A stretch of DNA of 64,000 nucleotides from Utricularia gibba (taxonomy: Eukaryota; Plantae; Magnoliophyta), in NCBI GenBank assembly GCA_002189035.1, contig NEEC01000015.1:496001-560000 (forward strand), in the 5' to 3' direction. This document shows positions 20,567 to 35,317 of the stretch, piece after piece; position 1 is the stretch's first letter; each line of letters opens with the position of its first letter. The notes under the pieces are model-generated. The model saw only the letters and a program-made list of their open reading frames with translations, was not told the DNA's origin and made no database searches. The position numbers and the translations under genes are program-made.

Positions 20567-21013
20567 TCTATGGGGCTGCAACTGAACGATTCTCCCTTCT
20601 CCGTGCCTCAAATACAAGTGGGGGGTGGAATTTATATCGACACAGAAGGAAACGGATCGCTTGAACCTCAGAGACCGTACTGCTCCAAGGGGTGTTAATG
20701 CTGCTGTTCTTTCACCTTCCAGACAGGTTTCCTCATCAAGGGTGTGCCCATTTATGTAAATCTTAACGCTTGGTTGATAGCCTGGGGCCATCTTTTGAGT
20801 TGTGCAGTTTTGAGCAGGTCTTTTTTGGTGAAAATGGACTGCAGAGGCCATCAGATTTATTGGGGAAAAGGGTGAATAGAACTCCAAGAAAGGAGTTTGA
20901 TTTCATTTCACTTGAGTGCACAGTATAGAGAGTGTGGCGGCTCTTTGCACAACACACAACGCAGCACCAGCACCTATAAAGTACAATACACAGCAGGATG
21001 GCACAAGCATCCT

Positions 21014-21847
21014 TCAAACCTGGGAGACAGGAGCTTGCCCGTTTTCGACACCTAAACCATACAAAACACCAGAGTACTTCTCCATTGGGCCGCTGAAGAA
21101 GTTCTCCCGCAGCTTTCTGAAGGTGCAGGATGTGAGCAGACTGTCGGAGCCGGCTTGATGGCAAACCCCGACTCTCTCCACCTCCAGGAGCTCAGCCAGC
21201 TTGTTCAATCCGCCGTGCAGGCTATTCGAGAACTTCATCAGATGCTTGATATCGTAAATCACAGGGAAGAATATACCCATCAAGCTGAAAAAACCCCCTT
21301 GGGAATCGGGTAAGTTGTGGCAAGTAAGAAGCTTGAGGAGGTATCCGAAGTCATAACCACTGTGGAATGTCACCCAGAAGACCTTATCGTTCAGGACAAT
21401 GCCTGATGACATTAGAAGCTCAGCGAAACGTCTAGCGTCGACGCCCTTCTCATTATTCGCACCGAAATCAATGCCACTTTGGCTCAGGAGTTCGATTGAA
21501 TCATTCGCAAAAACATCCTCATTGGGGTTGAATTCACGGAAGTTGAATTGCCAAATGCACTGTTTATCAGTCCCACAAGTAGGCAAGTTCCCCAGTTCGT
21601 CAGAAAACGTGAGTCCCAACTGAATCAGCTTCAACAAGTCTACATTGTCTTTCAATGTCTGGTAATGATAATCACTCGAGTTCTTGAAGTTGCCCACCGG
21701 ACGAAGAACAACCCCAGGAAACTCAGTGTCCATCGCGACGTAAGGGTACTCATCAACAATTTCACGAATCAAATCAAACTCCTGTTCCAAATTATCAGCC
21801 CAAACCTCCCGGATCTGAATCGAATCGCTTTTAGGCAAGAGTGACAT
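21014..21847 (-). CDS. CAF1: CCR4-associated factor 1 (CAF1/POP2) deadenylase, DEDD family, intronless CDS
   Basis: [16 protein letters not shown]..., [21 protein letters not shown] and [11 protein letters not shown]. Confidence 0.96.
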   Translation of the reverse strand: MSLLPKSDSIQIREVWADNLEQEFDLIREIVDEYPYVAMDTEFPGVVLRPVGNFKNSSDYHYQTLKDNVDLLKLIQLGLTFSDELGNLPTCGTDKQCIWQFNFREFNPNEDVFANDSIELLSQSGIDFGANNEKGVDARRFAELLMSSGIVLNDKVFWVTFHSGYDFGYLLKLLTCHNLPDSQGGFFSLMGIFFPVIYDIKHLMKFSNSLHGGLNKLAELLEVERVGVCHQAGSDSLLTSCTFRKLRENFFSGPMEKYSGVLYGLGVENGQAPVSQV

Positions 21848-22768
21848 TTCCAGCAATTTTCACAAGACGGGGTCTTGGTTCTTTACCATTCAACGATCGA
21901 AGATTTTCGAGAGCCCCACAAGCGGATCTATCGAGATTATCGCCAGCTAATATCTGCAGAAACGTCACCGAGGAATCGCAATCAGGCCCAGACCGGAATT
22001 AAATCAAAACAATCTTACTTAAATTTGAACACGGAGTACAATACAACAGATCTACCGTGGAGCCCAGCGTTTCTAAACGAGATCAGTCGGAAAAAGAAAA
22101 ACTCGAACAAGACCAGCACAACCCCAAAAAGGTAATCGGGTAAAACCTAAAGCAGATCTACTATTCGCTCACCGCTTCTTCGCTAGTAATTTCTCAGATC
22201 AATCATACCTCAAGAACCCATATCCCAAAACAACATATTTCAGGAAAGGACCTCACCTCGTCGCCATAAAAAAAAAGGATACGCATCCAAATAAACCAAG
22301 ATCTAGATCCCTTCTGTTCACAGGAGTGCTGGGATCCCTACTGGGCATGCATATGTGTGAGAAAAAAAAGGCACAGTTCAGACCTTGGACGAAAAACACA
22401 CGCTGAGAAAACGGGATTTTGAATGTCCAGACGATGTATTTAACTACAGAAAAGGAAGAAGCAGAAGTCCAAATAAATACCCACTACCTTTTTTCTTCTT
22501 GAATTCGCTGCCGAGGCTCTCCACTCTCTCCCTCCTCCGCCTCCCTTCTCGGATGCTTTTACATTTAAATATTTATTTATTCCGTGTTTCCTAAATATTT
22601 AAATATCATAAGGGGCATATATTGAATATACGCTAATTTCATTTACACATTTTGTTGAAATATTTGTTTACTTTTTGGATTGACTACGAAATTTTATCTG
22701 AAATTCGAATTTTTCTTTTAGACGAATGTCGAGTACTTGAAAAACGACAGCGTTTTGAAGAGGAGGCG

Positions 22769-23617
22769 ATAGGTTACGGCTTCAGTGTGTGGGTGGCGCC
22801 CGGCGGCCTGGTTCACGCCGGTAGTCTCCGGCTCGGACCTTCCATTCTGCGGCAGAGGCGCTGCGTGTTCATGTCTTCATTCTGTAGGCAGCGCCACAGT
22901 CTTCGATGGAATCCAACACTGGGGATACGAGGCCCTGGAGAGGTTGACGTGCAGAAGGGAAGAATCTAACTGAGCATCGGTGGTGATGTGTGAGACTTCG
23001 ACTGCTTTGTGGAGCCACCGGTTCGAGCAAATCATCGATGGCATTCCGAGGAGGAGAAACGCTGAAATCTGCAATGACGATAACGGATTCAAAGGGGAGG
23101 GCAGAAATAGCGATGAAATAACGGATTCTTTGATACGGGAACCAGTTGAAGGAACATGGGCAGAAGATTACCAGAAGAGACGACCCTTGTCCAAGAGCTT
23201 ACTTTAAATATGGTTTTGTCCAATTTGTCCTTCCTGTGAAAAAGAAGGTTAGGAAAAGGTGAGTTGCATTAACGCATCAACAAGCTCCTAATGGTTATTG
23301 TTTTCAAGTTCAAAGAAATGTAGAAGATCAAGCAGTAGTTGTGGCAACTTACATAGTGCAGCATAATCCATAACCGGCCGGAGACTTGATCAGGTTCGAA
23401 CCAGAGCTCCTCCCCTGGTGCAAGAAAGCACTCCACATCTCTGGCCTTAAGAGCTTACAATGGTAAAATAACTGAAGCCTATGAAGCAGAATCTCAACAA
23501 TCATTGGTGGAGGAGATGGCTTCTGCCTTAACCAAGGATCACAGTTTTACAGAGTAACTTGCTGAAGCCAGTTCTGGCAAGTTCCTTCACCCAAGGAGTC
23601 AGACAAAGAGAAGATGA
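22769..23617 (+). pseudogene. WRKY40: WRKY40-like (group IIa) transcription factor pseudogene
   Basis: Remnants of the coiled coil (AE.KNLTE..VMCE), the WRKY domain (GNQLKEHGQKITRRDDPCPRAYFK...PVKKK|VQRNVEDQAVVVATY..QHN) and the C-terminal motif (QQSLVEEMASALTKDHSFTE*LAEASSGKF). It has stops and a lost acceptor. Confidence 0.8.
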
Positions 23618-23856
23618 TAGAAGGCAGGAAATGTAGGAAGTTGCTTAGCTGCTTGTGAAAAGAATATTAAACAGCAGTTTCAGTGGCTCGGCCTCCAACC
23701 CATGGAGGATGAAGCGAGGAACAAGAATGAAATTCTCATGACAGACGAATCACAGTTCAATCTACATGATTTGTACACAAAAATACAAATTTCATGATCA
23801 AAGTGTGGAAACTAACTTCTCACATGACAAATCACACTTTTTCTGCCATACAATCG

Positions 23857-25547
23857 CTACCCAGACAAATTCAGATGATCAATATCCCTAGATAATTCCG
23901 AGTCTATATAACCTTCAGAAGGGCTAGATTGTGATGCACTTCCATCACTGTTATCCCATAAGTCAGCAGCTTTTACACAGTCCAGATACCTGAAACAGTT
24001 GACAAGGTGATCGTTTGTCATTCCAACTGCTTGCATGAACGAGTAGACTACCGTAGGCCCAGCACCTCGAAATCCTCTTCTAACAAGATCCTTGCTTATT
24101 GCCTCTGCCTTGGATGTTTTGATTGGAACTTGACGAGGATACCGAAAATTACCGAGAATAGGCTTGTAGCTGACAAAACTCCATATGTATTTGTCAAAAG
24201 ACCCATACTCATCCATTATCTGCAGGAGTGCATGCATAGAAATCCTTGTCAAGAGACGCACAAATCCAGTCCATACAGAAGGTCATTGACCACCAATGTA
24301 TACCTTACAAATTTGGCGTGCGTTTTCGATAATTGATCGAAGCTTTAGTTCAGATAAAAGTGAGGTGGCAGGACTTCCAGGAGCTGAAACTTTCTTGTCT
24401 TGTAATTTCGACACAGCAATTGGATCAAAGTCAAAGAAGACATCCCTGTAAACATATTCGCAATAAGTCTCCTTTCCATTCTTGATGGATATTCATCTGT
24501 GCCAAACAGTAGCATACCGGAAAATTTTCCTCCTGCTGAGAATGGCTGGCCAGGATAGCTCTGCCAGGGCAGTAGAATAGCTAAAAAGTTCAAAGAGCTT
24601 CCTGAAATTTGATGAAGTGAATCCAAGGGTCAGCTATCATCCCGATGGTGAATGAAGAGTACAAACAAGCTGAAATCGATTCATACTTATCACTGTGGAT
24701 AGGAAGTCCCCACTCTTCATCATGGAAGGCAGCATAAGATGGATCTTGAACAAAAATAAAGAACAATTAACAAGGGGATCTTGTTATATACAGCATGCAA
24801 AAGGTAAAAATGATCTCCAACCGGAAGAGCAGAGACTTGCACAGGCATAGACCCAACAAGAAAGAAACTTGACTATTTCTGCAGTTTTTCGCTCGCAGTA
24901 CATATTCAGATACTACATGACAAAATCCCTTGATCGTGAACTACAAGATCACCAGTCAATCAAGAAAAAACACGCAAACACGACGACGAAAATGCAAAAA
25001 GCTTTTACTATCTGTGAGGGTGAGAACATGTACCCGTATTTGATGTCACCCATGGACATCTTTTTTTAACAAGGTTGGGATCCGAAACCTCGCCGATTTG
25101 CCCTCCATCTCTTCTCCCATTTCTCAGAATTCTCTCAATACTGCGCTCTAAAACATGAGCCGGGGCTGAACTCCGCCTTCTAATCCTCCCAGCAGAAGCT
25201 CTGCTTTGTGAAGAGTCCGTCGATGCATCTGAAGAACACGAAGCATTTAAGGACATGTTCTGCTTTCTGCACCTCAGAATAGACGACACGGTCCTCCCAT
25301 TTTGCCTAAATCCCCTCATGGAAGCAGGCCCATCAGCCGCCACTTCCGGCGACTGCAATTCTGCCAAAGACTTCTTCCCCTTGTCATCATCACCAACCGA
25401 AACCTCTTTCCCTTTCTCGCTCTTCATCTTCAGCATTGGCTTCTGCAATTCAACAGATCTGGACTTATTCCCTGTCGGTCCCAACACCGGTCGAACCTCA
25501 GCCGCCTTCATGGAATTAATGGATTTCGCTCTCGGCGACCCAGACAT
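23857..25547 (-). CDS. DNA-3-methyladenine glycosylase I (TAG) family protein, 5 exons
   Basis: MSGSPRAKS...VRPVLGPTGNK; KRCPWVTSNT|DPSYAAFHDEEWGLP; FELFSYSTALAELSWPAIL; DLVRRGFRGAGPTVVYSFMQAVGMTNDHLVNCFR. Confidence 0.92.
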
Positions 25548-26857
25548 TATCAAGAAACACACCTACGGCTCCGGAAGCGCCGTAAATTTGCTGAAACTCA
25601 GAAAACGCACAGAGGGACCAAAACTAGGGCTTGACCACCGTAACCCGAAATCTGGGAAGCAAAAAACGGAGGAATCCGAGCAGCGGGAGAAGTTCCAGGC
25701 GACTTTATGGACGAAGGCGGTGAATAAAAGGGCGGCGCCGCCTCATATTCTGGGGATATAATCGATAAATAGTTGGCATTCGCAGAAAGGAGTAGCCAGT
25801 AGTTGAGAGAACACACTGCCAAAAGCGCTCCGTTCACGTTCAAAAATGTTGCCTCTACAAAACAAACGGAAAAGTTTCCTCGTATATTATATTATATTCC
25901 ATATTTAAAACAAAAATAATAAATATAATTCCACGGCAGCATGAAGGAGAATGGATGTAGCAGTGGGCATGGGCCGGCCCGACCCCTATATCCGGTTCAC
26001 CCGTCAATTCTTTTTGGGTGGATGACGGATTGGATCGGCCAAAATCAACCCATAAACCGTACGGGTAGGCCCGTTGGGCTGTAGGTTGACTCTCAATTTT
26101 TTCATTCATCGTAATCTCATAGAAACAAAATATATTCGATTGATTCGAATCCTTTTTTATATATTTTATATAAATACTGATTTTCTAAATATTATGATTC
26201 AACTATTTAATAGAATTTGACATAAAATTACAAATGACAAATTTATAAAAATAATTTTTATTTTTTTTCAAACTACCAAACCCTTCTATCATAGCTAGGT
26301 TGCACCCAAAATTGGTATGAGGTGTGAGATTCCGGGTGCGTTGATGCAAGAATTGTTGATTTCAGAAGTCCGATTTTTAGAGCGCATGCATTATTTTAAA
26401 ACATATGTGTATTATACAAATTAATGCAATCATAAGTAAATCAAAATTAATTTATCAAATAAGAAAAGTTTTGAAGTCAGAAATAATTTAAAACAGTATT
26501 CTGAAAAATTTTTGAAATTTTTTTTAAAATTATTTTAGAAAATTAGAAATAAAAATTAAAATTAATTTATTACTTACTTTTCCAAAAGTAATTTTTATAA
26601 TATAATTTTAAAATTATTTTTTGATAAAATTATTTTTACAATTTTTATGTTTTAGATCAAAATTATTTTTATTTTTAAAAAATAAAATTAGGATTCAAAA
26701 ATTTTCCAGAACATTAATTAAATCTCAAAAATCTGTTAAAAAACATACTCAAATAAGAGAAATATTGAGACAAGAAACCATTCATCTCAAAACTCAAATT
26801 GGAGAATAGAAAATATACCAAAGAGAACGTTGATTTTTCTAAATGACCATTAATTAG

Positions 26858-26877
26858 GGTATATATATATATATATA
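26858..26877. repeat. (TA)n microsatellite
   Basis: Direct reading of about 9 TA units. Confidence 0.8.
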
Positions 26878-28127
26878 GACAGAGTGCACCCCACGTGCTT
26901 GATTTCATTGCAGTAAATCGTGCCACGTAGATCCATGAGTTGGGCCGAATTCATTCCAAATGCACGGGGCCGACAAGTCCTGAATCCACTTTTATCCCAT
27001 GAGTTGGACTCATGTGGTTGGTAGTCCCTGGGGCCAGGCCCTGGCCCGGGTCCCATCTGTGCCCACCACTTGGTCACAAGATTACAATTATAATAATGGC
27101 CTGTTTAGATGTACTTTCAGTATTCGTTTGCCAAAATAGATGATGTTTAAAAATAGTTTGTAAAATAGATGAGATTTGAGTTTTGATTTATCAAATAAAT
27201 GAGTTTTGAAATTTTATAAAAACAATGTATCTAATTATTGTTAAATATTATTAATTACATAAATATATATTATTTTCATAATATTTTAAAATAATGTAAG
27301 CTATTTAATATATATTCAAAAAAGTTGTTAATACAAATAAAATATTGCTATAAATATAAATAATTATATAAAATGATATATTTAATTTAGAAAATAGAAA
27401 AATAATCAAGTTATTATATATAAACCATTTGTTTAAATTTAAATAAATGTAAAAAATTATTTATTTGTTTTTTAATGATTTGTAATCTTATTACATTTTT
27501 TTCAAAAAGTTAAATTTATTATGTGTGTTTTTCATTTCTGATAATTTTGTTATTTATTTCATTGATTTTGCTTAAAAATCATATTGATTTAGATTATGAA
27601 TTATATAAAATTATAGATAATTAATTTTCATTCATTTTGTACCATGGTATATGATATTACCAAGCTAAACATATCATTTTAAAAAAACTTAAATTTTATT
27701 AATTAATTAAATATTAAACCGTTATTTAGTTATAATAAATTCATAAGATTATTTATTGTCATTTAAATTCATAGAAAATAAATAATTAAATACTTACACT
27801 TTAATATTTTAGTAACATCATTTATTTATTAAATGAAAAAAAAACTACATCTATTTCAGTAATAATTTATCAACCTCATCTATTGTGGAAATCAAAATAC
27901 ATAAGTGCCATAAAATCACATTTAAAATAAAGTGTTTATAATATCATACTGATTAATATATCCCAACCGCCATTTGAAATTGAAAAAACTGCCAGTCCAA
28001 AATTGATATTTTACTATTACCGTCAGATTCATGAAAGGACATGTGCACCTAAGATCTATAGACGACAAAAGGTTATGTCGATAGGATATGTTGTGTCCTC
28101 CCTGGAAGCACGATGCCTCATTCTACA

Positions 28128-30390
28128 TGTTAAGTGTCATTTTCTAGTTAATTATTAGGTATTATTATGTGTTAATAATATATGAAGTCACCCAAATTAG
28201 GAGTTTTATTATTAAGTATTTGATTTTTACTAGAAAATTCTTATTTTCCCATTTTGTGTATATTTTGTGTCTCTTTTTCTTACAATTTGATCGAGACATG
28301 TCAGGAGACTGTCATAGAGTGTTGCAGTTAGTCAGACTCTGAGTTTTCGTACCTTGTACGCGAGTTGGAATGATTGTGGGCGGAAGACAGACACTAGTCA
28401 AGGCCCTTGACTTACGGCATGTCAGAGTCTGTAGCAATGATTGGACGCAAACTTGCACGCAAAGAAAGTCTGGTGGCGCACGCAAGACAGAAGAAAGTAT
28501 GGGAAGGGGACCAAAATGAGTTAATGCAAGTGGAAAGTCATATAAAAGCTACTTGGAACATTTAGTTTCGAACTATTTTGCCATTTTTCTTTGTAGACTT
28601 AGAACTTTTGAATTCTTTCTCCCCTCCAAGGAGGAAGAACACTTAGCTTCCTTTTCGTTTCTGTTTTCATTGCCCTTTTGGGCTAAAAACCTTTAGTTTT
28701 TGGGAAGTAGATGAAGTTTATTTCCAAGTCCTGAGCAATACACTCGATTCTTCACTGAATGCAATTTGGATTCCGCATACTTCCACGCATCTTGTCGCAA
28801 TTTTTCTGTAACGACTCTTAGTCAAGGTCCATGAGTAGCAGGCCACTTCTCGCGGATTTTGGTGAAGATCAAGGTGAAGAGCACCAACTCTAATCCTGCT
28901 GGTTCGAGGGAAGTAGCAGATTGTTTGTGGCCTAGGTATTGCAACAGTGGACAGGTTGTGACCTCAGACCTGCCACTAGCCATTGACAAAAGTTGGGCAC
29001 ATGCGCACAATTCGATTTTGAAAGCAATCGAAGTCAATCCTCTTGTTTTCCTAATCGTCCAAGGGGGAATCACATGAGACTATTTCCATGCCTCCTTGTC
29101 AATCAGAGTGTAAGGGAAAGTAGGCTATTCCTTGCTCCTATAAATAGCTATTCGGAAGAAATCAATGAAAATCGAGGCAAGGACGGACAAAGAAAGGAGA
29201 TGGAATTTTATTTCCAGGAACTGCGTACCGTAGTCAAGGCCCATCACTTAGGTTGTAACTTCCATTTCTGCATCTTAAAAACCCTCTTTTAAAAAACCGT
29301 GATATTTTGTAGTAGTTTCTTACAAAACACTTTTCACGAAAAACAACTCCCTGTGATCGATACTCGTACTACACTTTCTAGTGTCCTATGTTTTAAATAT
29401 TTAAAATTTGTTGAGGAAATGACACGCAACAAATTTTTGGCGCCGTCGCCAGGGAGTTGTGTATTTTTATATTTAGTGTTGTGTATAGTTTTTCTTTTTT
29501 CTTTTCTTTTTCTTTCTTTCTTCTTGTTTTTCTTTTCTTTCCGTTTTGCTGCTGTTTTTCTCTGTTTTTATGCATTCAGCTCCACCAAAGGGTCACCGAA
29601 GCTTGAGATCGTACCGAGACATCTTGTGCCCCTTAGATCCGGAGATTGAGCGCACATTTCTGACAAGAAAGAGGGAACAAACTACAAATCTATTTCCTGA
29701 CGAAGAAATGGATGCTCAACCATCTGCCACAATCCCCACAATACATGGAGAACAAGAGCAACAACATCCGCAATTTTTCCCAGTACTGTCGATCACTAAT
29801 CATGGCCCAGCACTAAGGACCATAAAAGAAGAAATCACTGCCAGGCATGCTGACCGACCACTTTGTATCATTTTTTACACGGAAGAGGACTTTGAGCTTC
29901 GCCCATATCAGTTCCAAACACTTCGTAAGTTCATTGGGAGAGAAAATGACGACTTAAATCGTCATCTTAGAGAGTTGCACACGACTTGTGCATCCATGCG
30001 CTCAAAAGGTGCTACGGAGAACCAAGTCAAGATGCTGGTCTTCCCTTTTAGTCTCACTGAGCAAGCTCTGGAGTGGTTTTATGGACTACCACCATCCTCT
30101 ATTGCAACCTAGGAGCAAATGGTTCAGAAATTTCTTGATAAATATGCGTCTCTAGGGAGAGACTCCGCGGGAAGAAGAGCTTTAGCCACCATGCTACAAA
30201 GTGAAGGAGAGAATATACAGGAGTATTATGACAAATTCAATCGGATCTGCAATACTTATCCACATCATGGACTCACTGAAGGCCAAATTTTACAACATTT
30301 TTAGAATGACTGACCCCCATGATCAGAGGACGAATGGATGCCGCTTGTAATGGATCATTACTAGAGAACCAATATAAGGATCAACCCCCA
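28128..30390 (+). mobile_element. Truncated Ty3/gypsy Athila-type LTR retrotransposon (5' LTR, PBS and gag remnant)
   Basis: LTR 28128-29431 starts TGTTAAGTGTC and ends GACACGCAACA (9/11 inverted match) and contains a TATA box (CCTATAAATAG, about 29137). PBS TGGCGCCGTCGCCAGGGA at 29438-29455 resembles the tRNA-Asp complement. Gag remnant LDPEIER...FPFSLTEQALEWFYGLPPSSIAT*EQMVQKFL has a stop at the conserved Trp (30110-30112). No 3' LTR. Confidence 0.88.
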
Positions 30391-30391
30391 T

Positions 30392-31436
<1,045 letters not shown>

Positions 31437-32069
31437 ATGACCATGATTTGGTCCTACATTGATTCCAATACTTGTAATGGTTGTTTATTTTAATTGAATA
31501 TTAGTAATGCTCTAAATTGATTTTAAATAAATGTAATTTGACTACGATTTTTATCATTGTCGCATTTTTAGTACAATTAGAATATTATGAAACATGTATT
31601 ATCAAATCAATAAATAAATATCGAAATAGTAAAATAGACTATGGCTTTTAGTTTTTATTTTTAATAAAAATTTATTGGATACGTTAACATAAATGTATAT
31701 GTATATTATATAAATCTATGTATCGATTAGGTGAATTTATATATAATATAAAAATAGATGTTTTTAAAGATAAATTATTCTAAATACAAAAGAAGGGTAA
31801 AATACTCAAAATTCAATGTAATGTCTTACTTAGCTGTAGGGACATTTTAGACATTTCCTTATCACACCAACACTTTGGAGATAAAATTCCAAGATATAGC
31901 CAACTTTGTCCTCTAATGCTCTACTTTATTTACACATCATCATTTCTTATTTAATTTTTACACCAAAATTCAATTAGCATTTTATATTTATATTTTACAC
32001 GAAAATTCAAATAAATAATATATTATATTTATTTCTTTTTATATTATATTATAATCAATTTGATCAACA

Positions 32070-32535
32070 CAATAATACATACGTGACATTGATATGTTTA
32101 GATTTTATCATTGAAATTCTATAAAAGTTTGGTGTAACATTATATTAATTTATCTTTTTTTCCAATGCAAAATTAAAAAACAAATCAATAGTACACATGT
32201 GATACTGACATGTTCAGAAATAGCATTAAAATTCTGATAAAAGTTTGATATAATATTAAATTAATTTATTTTTTTTCAATTTAAAATTAAAAAACGTAAC
32301 AATATTACACATGTGATATTGACATGTTCAGATTTTAACATTAAAATTCTGAAAAAGTTTGGTGTAATATTAAATTCATTTGTCTTTTTTCATATTCAAA
32401 ATTAACAAACGAAGCAATAGTACACATGTGATACTGACATGTTCAAATTTTAAAATTAAAATTCTGAAAAAGTTTGGTGTAATATTAGATGCATTTTGTC
32501 TTTTTTCCAATTCAAAATTCAAAAACGAAGTATAT
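32070..32535 (+). repeat. Tandem repeat, about 4 copies of a 114-116 bp unit, subterminal in the MULE
   Basis: The core ACACATGTGATA(C/T)TGACATGTTC recurs at 32193, 32307 and 32422, with a degenerate copy at 32077. Confidence 0.85.
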
Positions 32536-33184
32536 AATGAAATACACATCTCATATCATCATTCTTTCTCCTTTTATTCCTCTTACAATTTCAATGGCTT
32601 CCTCTCCTATTGAGATCCGGTTATACTAGGGAGGTAACTTGTTTTATGGAAACAATAGTGTGCTATGATTCACCACCACAATTTTCTGCTTGCGTTGCTC
32701 GAGATACCTCGATATCCTTGCTGCTGTCATTTATTTATGAAGTTATGCAACTATCTTCAACTGAGTATTCTATTACCATAATTGTGAATTATGTTACAAT
32801 GGATTTAATAATGGGTTTTCAGAGGTATTGCCATCATCTTAATCAAAACGAATGATAGTTTGTCTTTGATTTTTAATCAAAGTCATATGGTTTCAAGTGT
32901 TGATATGTATATTAGTGCAACTCCAAGCTTCCTGAATTTGATCATTCAACAACACACTGGTATGTAATTTTTTTTCAAATAACTTTATTATTATTAGTTT
33001 TAGATTACATTTAAGATATTTTTTTGAATTCATATGATTAATTTGTGCTAATGATATATTTTATGTTTTATTTCTAGTTAATGTTTGAAAATCATCAACC
33101 AGTCATAATAATCCATGCATTTTACCAATATATCACAATTCTTCACCATCAGAATCACCTTGTGATGAAGACATATTATGGTAT

Positions 33185-35317
33185 TTGAATCATTTATGTG
33201 AGGAAGATGCTACTGAGCAAGCTGAAAACGAAATGATGCAAGAAGTTATTCCATCTGCACTTTTTTCAAGTGATGATGATAATAAACAAATAGAAGTCAT
33301 GTTTTATGAAAGCGATGTGGCAATGGAAATTCCAATAGTAGTTGAGTTTGAAAAGACTTTAAAATTCTATGATGGGACAAGCGGTGATCCATGCAAGGAG
33401 ATTTTCTTCAAAGATAAAACTTCAATGAAGGTAACATTGAATTATTATTGTATCAAGAAGCTGAAAAGGCCTTTTCATGTTGAGAAGAGCAATAACAAGC
33501 AGTATGAAATAAACTGTATCAACCGAAATGCATCACCTCCATGTGAATGGCGTGTTAGAGTATGGAATAGCAGTGTCACTCAGTTTTGGACTGTGACACA
33601 ATACGAGAGGCCTCATACTTACTTTTCTACCAGTTCTAGAACTGCTAGAAATGATAGCATTACTAACAAATTTGTATCTCTTCATATCATGCACAAGGTT
33701 AAAGCAAATCCAGGGATACGTGTTTCTGATGTGATTGATGATATTGATGAAGTTTATCATTTCAATATATCATATAAGCTTGGATGGACTGCTATTAGGC
33801 GTGCTATCTTGCATATGTATGGTACTTGGAAGGAATCAATGACAAAGCTCCATTCTTATTTGTTATCAATTAAGGAATTCAACTCAAGTAATTCATTTTT
33901 ATTATTTTACAAATATTGATGTTTGTTTACTAACATATTTGTTTTATCACAGATACTATATTTGAATATGAGAATTTTCGTTCCCATGATGACAAGCAAA
34001 TGCTACATCATATATTTTGGGCTTTTGGATTATGCGTCCATGCTTTTAGGTATTGTCGTCCAATTATTACTGTTGATGTAACACATCTATATGCAGGATA
34101 TAGATATCACCTTTTAATAGCATGCATACTTGATGGTGACCGCACTATAATTCCACTTGCATTTTCTATTGTTGAGGAAGAATCTTATGAATCCGGCTAT
34201 TGGTTTTTTAACCTTTTGGTTAAGCATATCGTGAAAGGACGTCGTATTTGTCTAGTAACTGACCATGGTGCAGGATTATTATCTGCGATTAAGGATATAC
34301 CTGCTTTCAATGAGCCTATAGGAGATTACAGATTTTGTATGCAACATCTACTTGCAAATTTCATATCCCATTTCAGGTCGAAACATTTGGTTAATTTATT
34401 TTGGGAAGCTTCCTTGAGTTCAAAAAAAGAAAAGTTTCAGATAGCTATGCAGAAAATCAGAAATAAGAATGAGACAGCATTTGAGTATTTCCATGAAATC
34501 GATCCAAAGCGATGTACATTATCATATGATGATGGCATAAGGTAACTTGAAATGGTATAATTTTATTCATATTATTACTATGTTAACCTTATATTTCTTA
34601 TTTTTGTAGATGTAGTGTGCATACCATAAGTATCTCTAAATCATTAAACATTGTTTTACGTGGAGCACAAAGATTACCTCCAAAAGCTTTTGTTGAGACC
34701 ACTTTCAAGAGATGTGTTAAGATTTTCACAAATAGTAAAGTGAAGATGAATTTACTCATGAAAAGGGGTCAATTGCTTACTCCATATTCATTATCTGTGT
34801 ATAGGAAATGTGATGACTAATCAATCAACTACAGGATCAAGAAATACAATGCAGAGAAAATGAGTGCCACTGTGATGTCTCGGACCAAAAATTCTAGAAA
34901 AAAAAACATTATTATATTGTTTGTTTGACAGATTTGACATGTACTTATGGAAAGTGACTGCAAAAAACTATTTCATGTTCACATGCTATTCAGATAAGAA
35001 TTATCTTTTGATGTATCATGTTATTTGTAATATCATAACAGCTGTTAACTTTATTTCTCTCTTAGGTGTACAAGGAATTCAATGAAGATGCAAGTTCATA
35101 TATTTCAAAATATTATCAAGTGAAGACCCTTACGAAAATATATAAAAGGCAATTTAATCCACCAATTCTTGAAAGTGGATGGGATGCATTTCTATTTGAT
35201 CTTGTTCACAATCTAGCAAGAAGATTGAATACCAGAGGTCGTGCTAGATCAATACCATTTTTAAACAACTTAACTCATATACATTCGAAGAGAAAATCAA
35301 GAGTTGATATATTTTAA
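33185..35317 (+). pseudogene. MuDR-family transposase remnant
   Basis: ORFs 33185-33919, 34000-34545, 34617-34820 and 35066-35317 are separated by intron-like gaps and stops. The expected catalytic Glu motif reads ISKSLN. Confidence 0.8.

Noticed and set aside
20225-20887. 220-aa ORF suggesting a long N-terminally extended, membrane-anchored SUMO
   Set aside because: It reads through a stop-free intron. A TATA box at 20630-20636 just upstream of ATG 20566 and canonical SUMO exon sizes support the short 3-exon model.
23390-23405. tRNA B-box-like GGTTCGAACC
   Set aside because: There is no cloverleaf or A box, and it lies inside the WRKY pseudogene.
32070-32535. 115-bp tandem repeat as a CRISPR-like array
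   Set aside because: The whole unit repeats with no unique spacers, the context is eukaryotic, and it lies inside a MULE.
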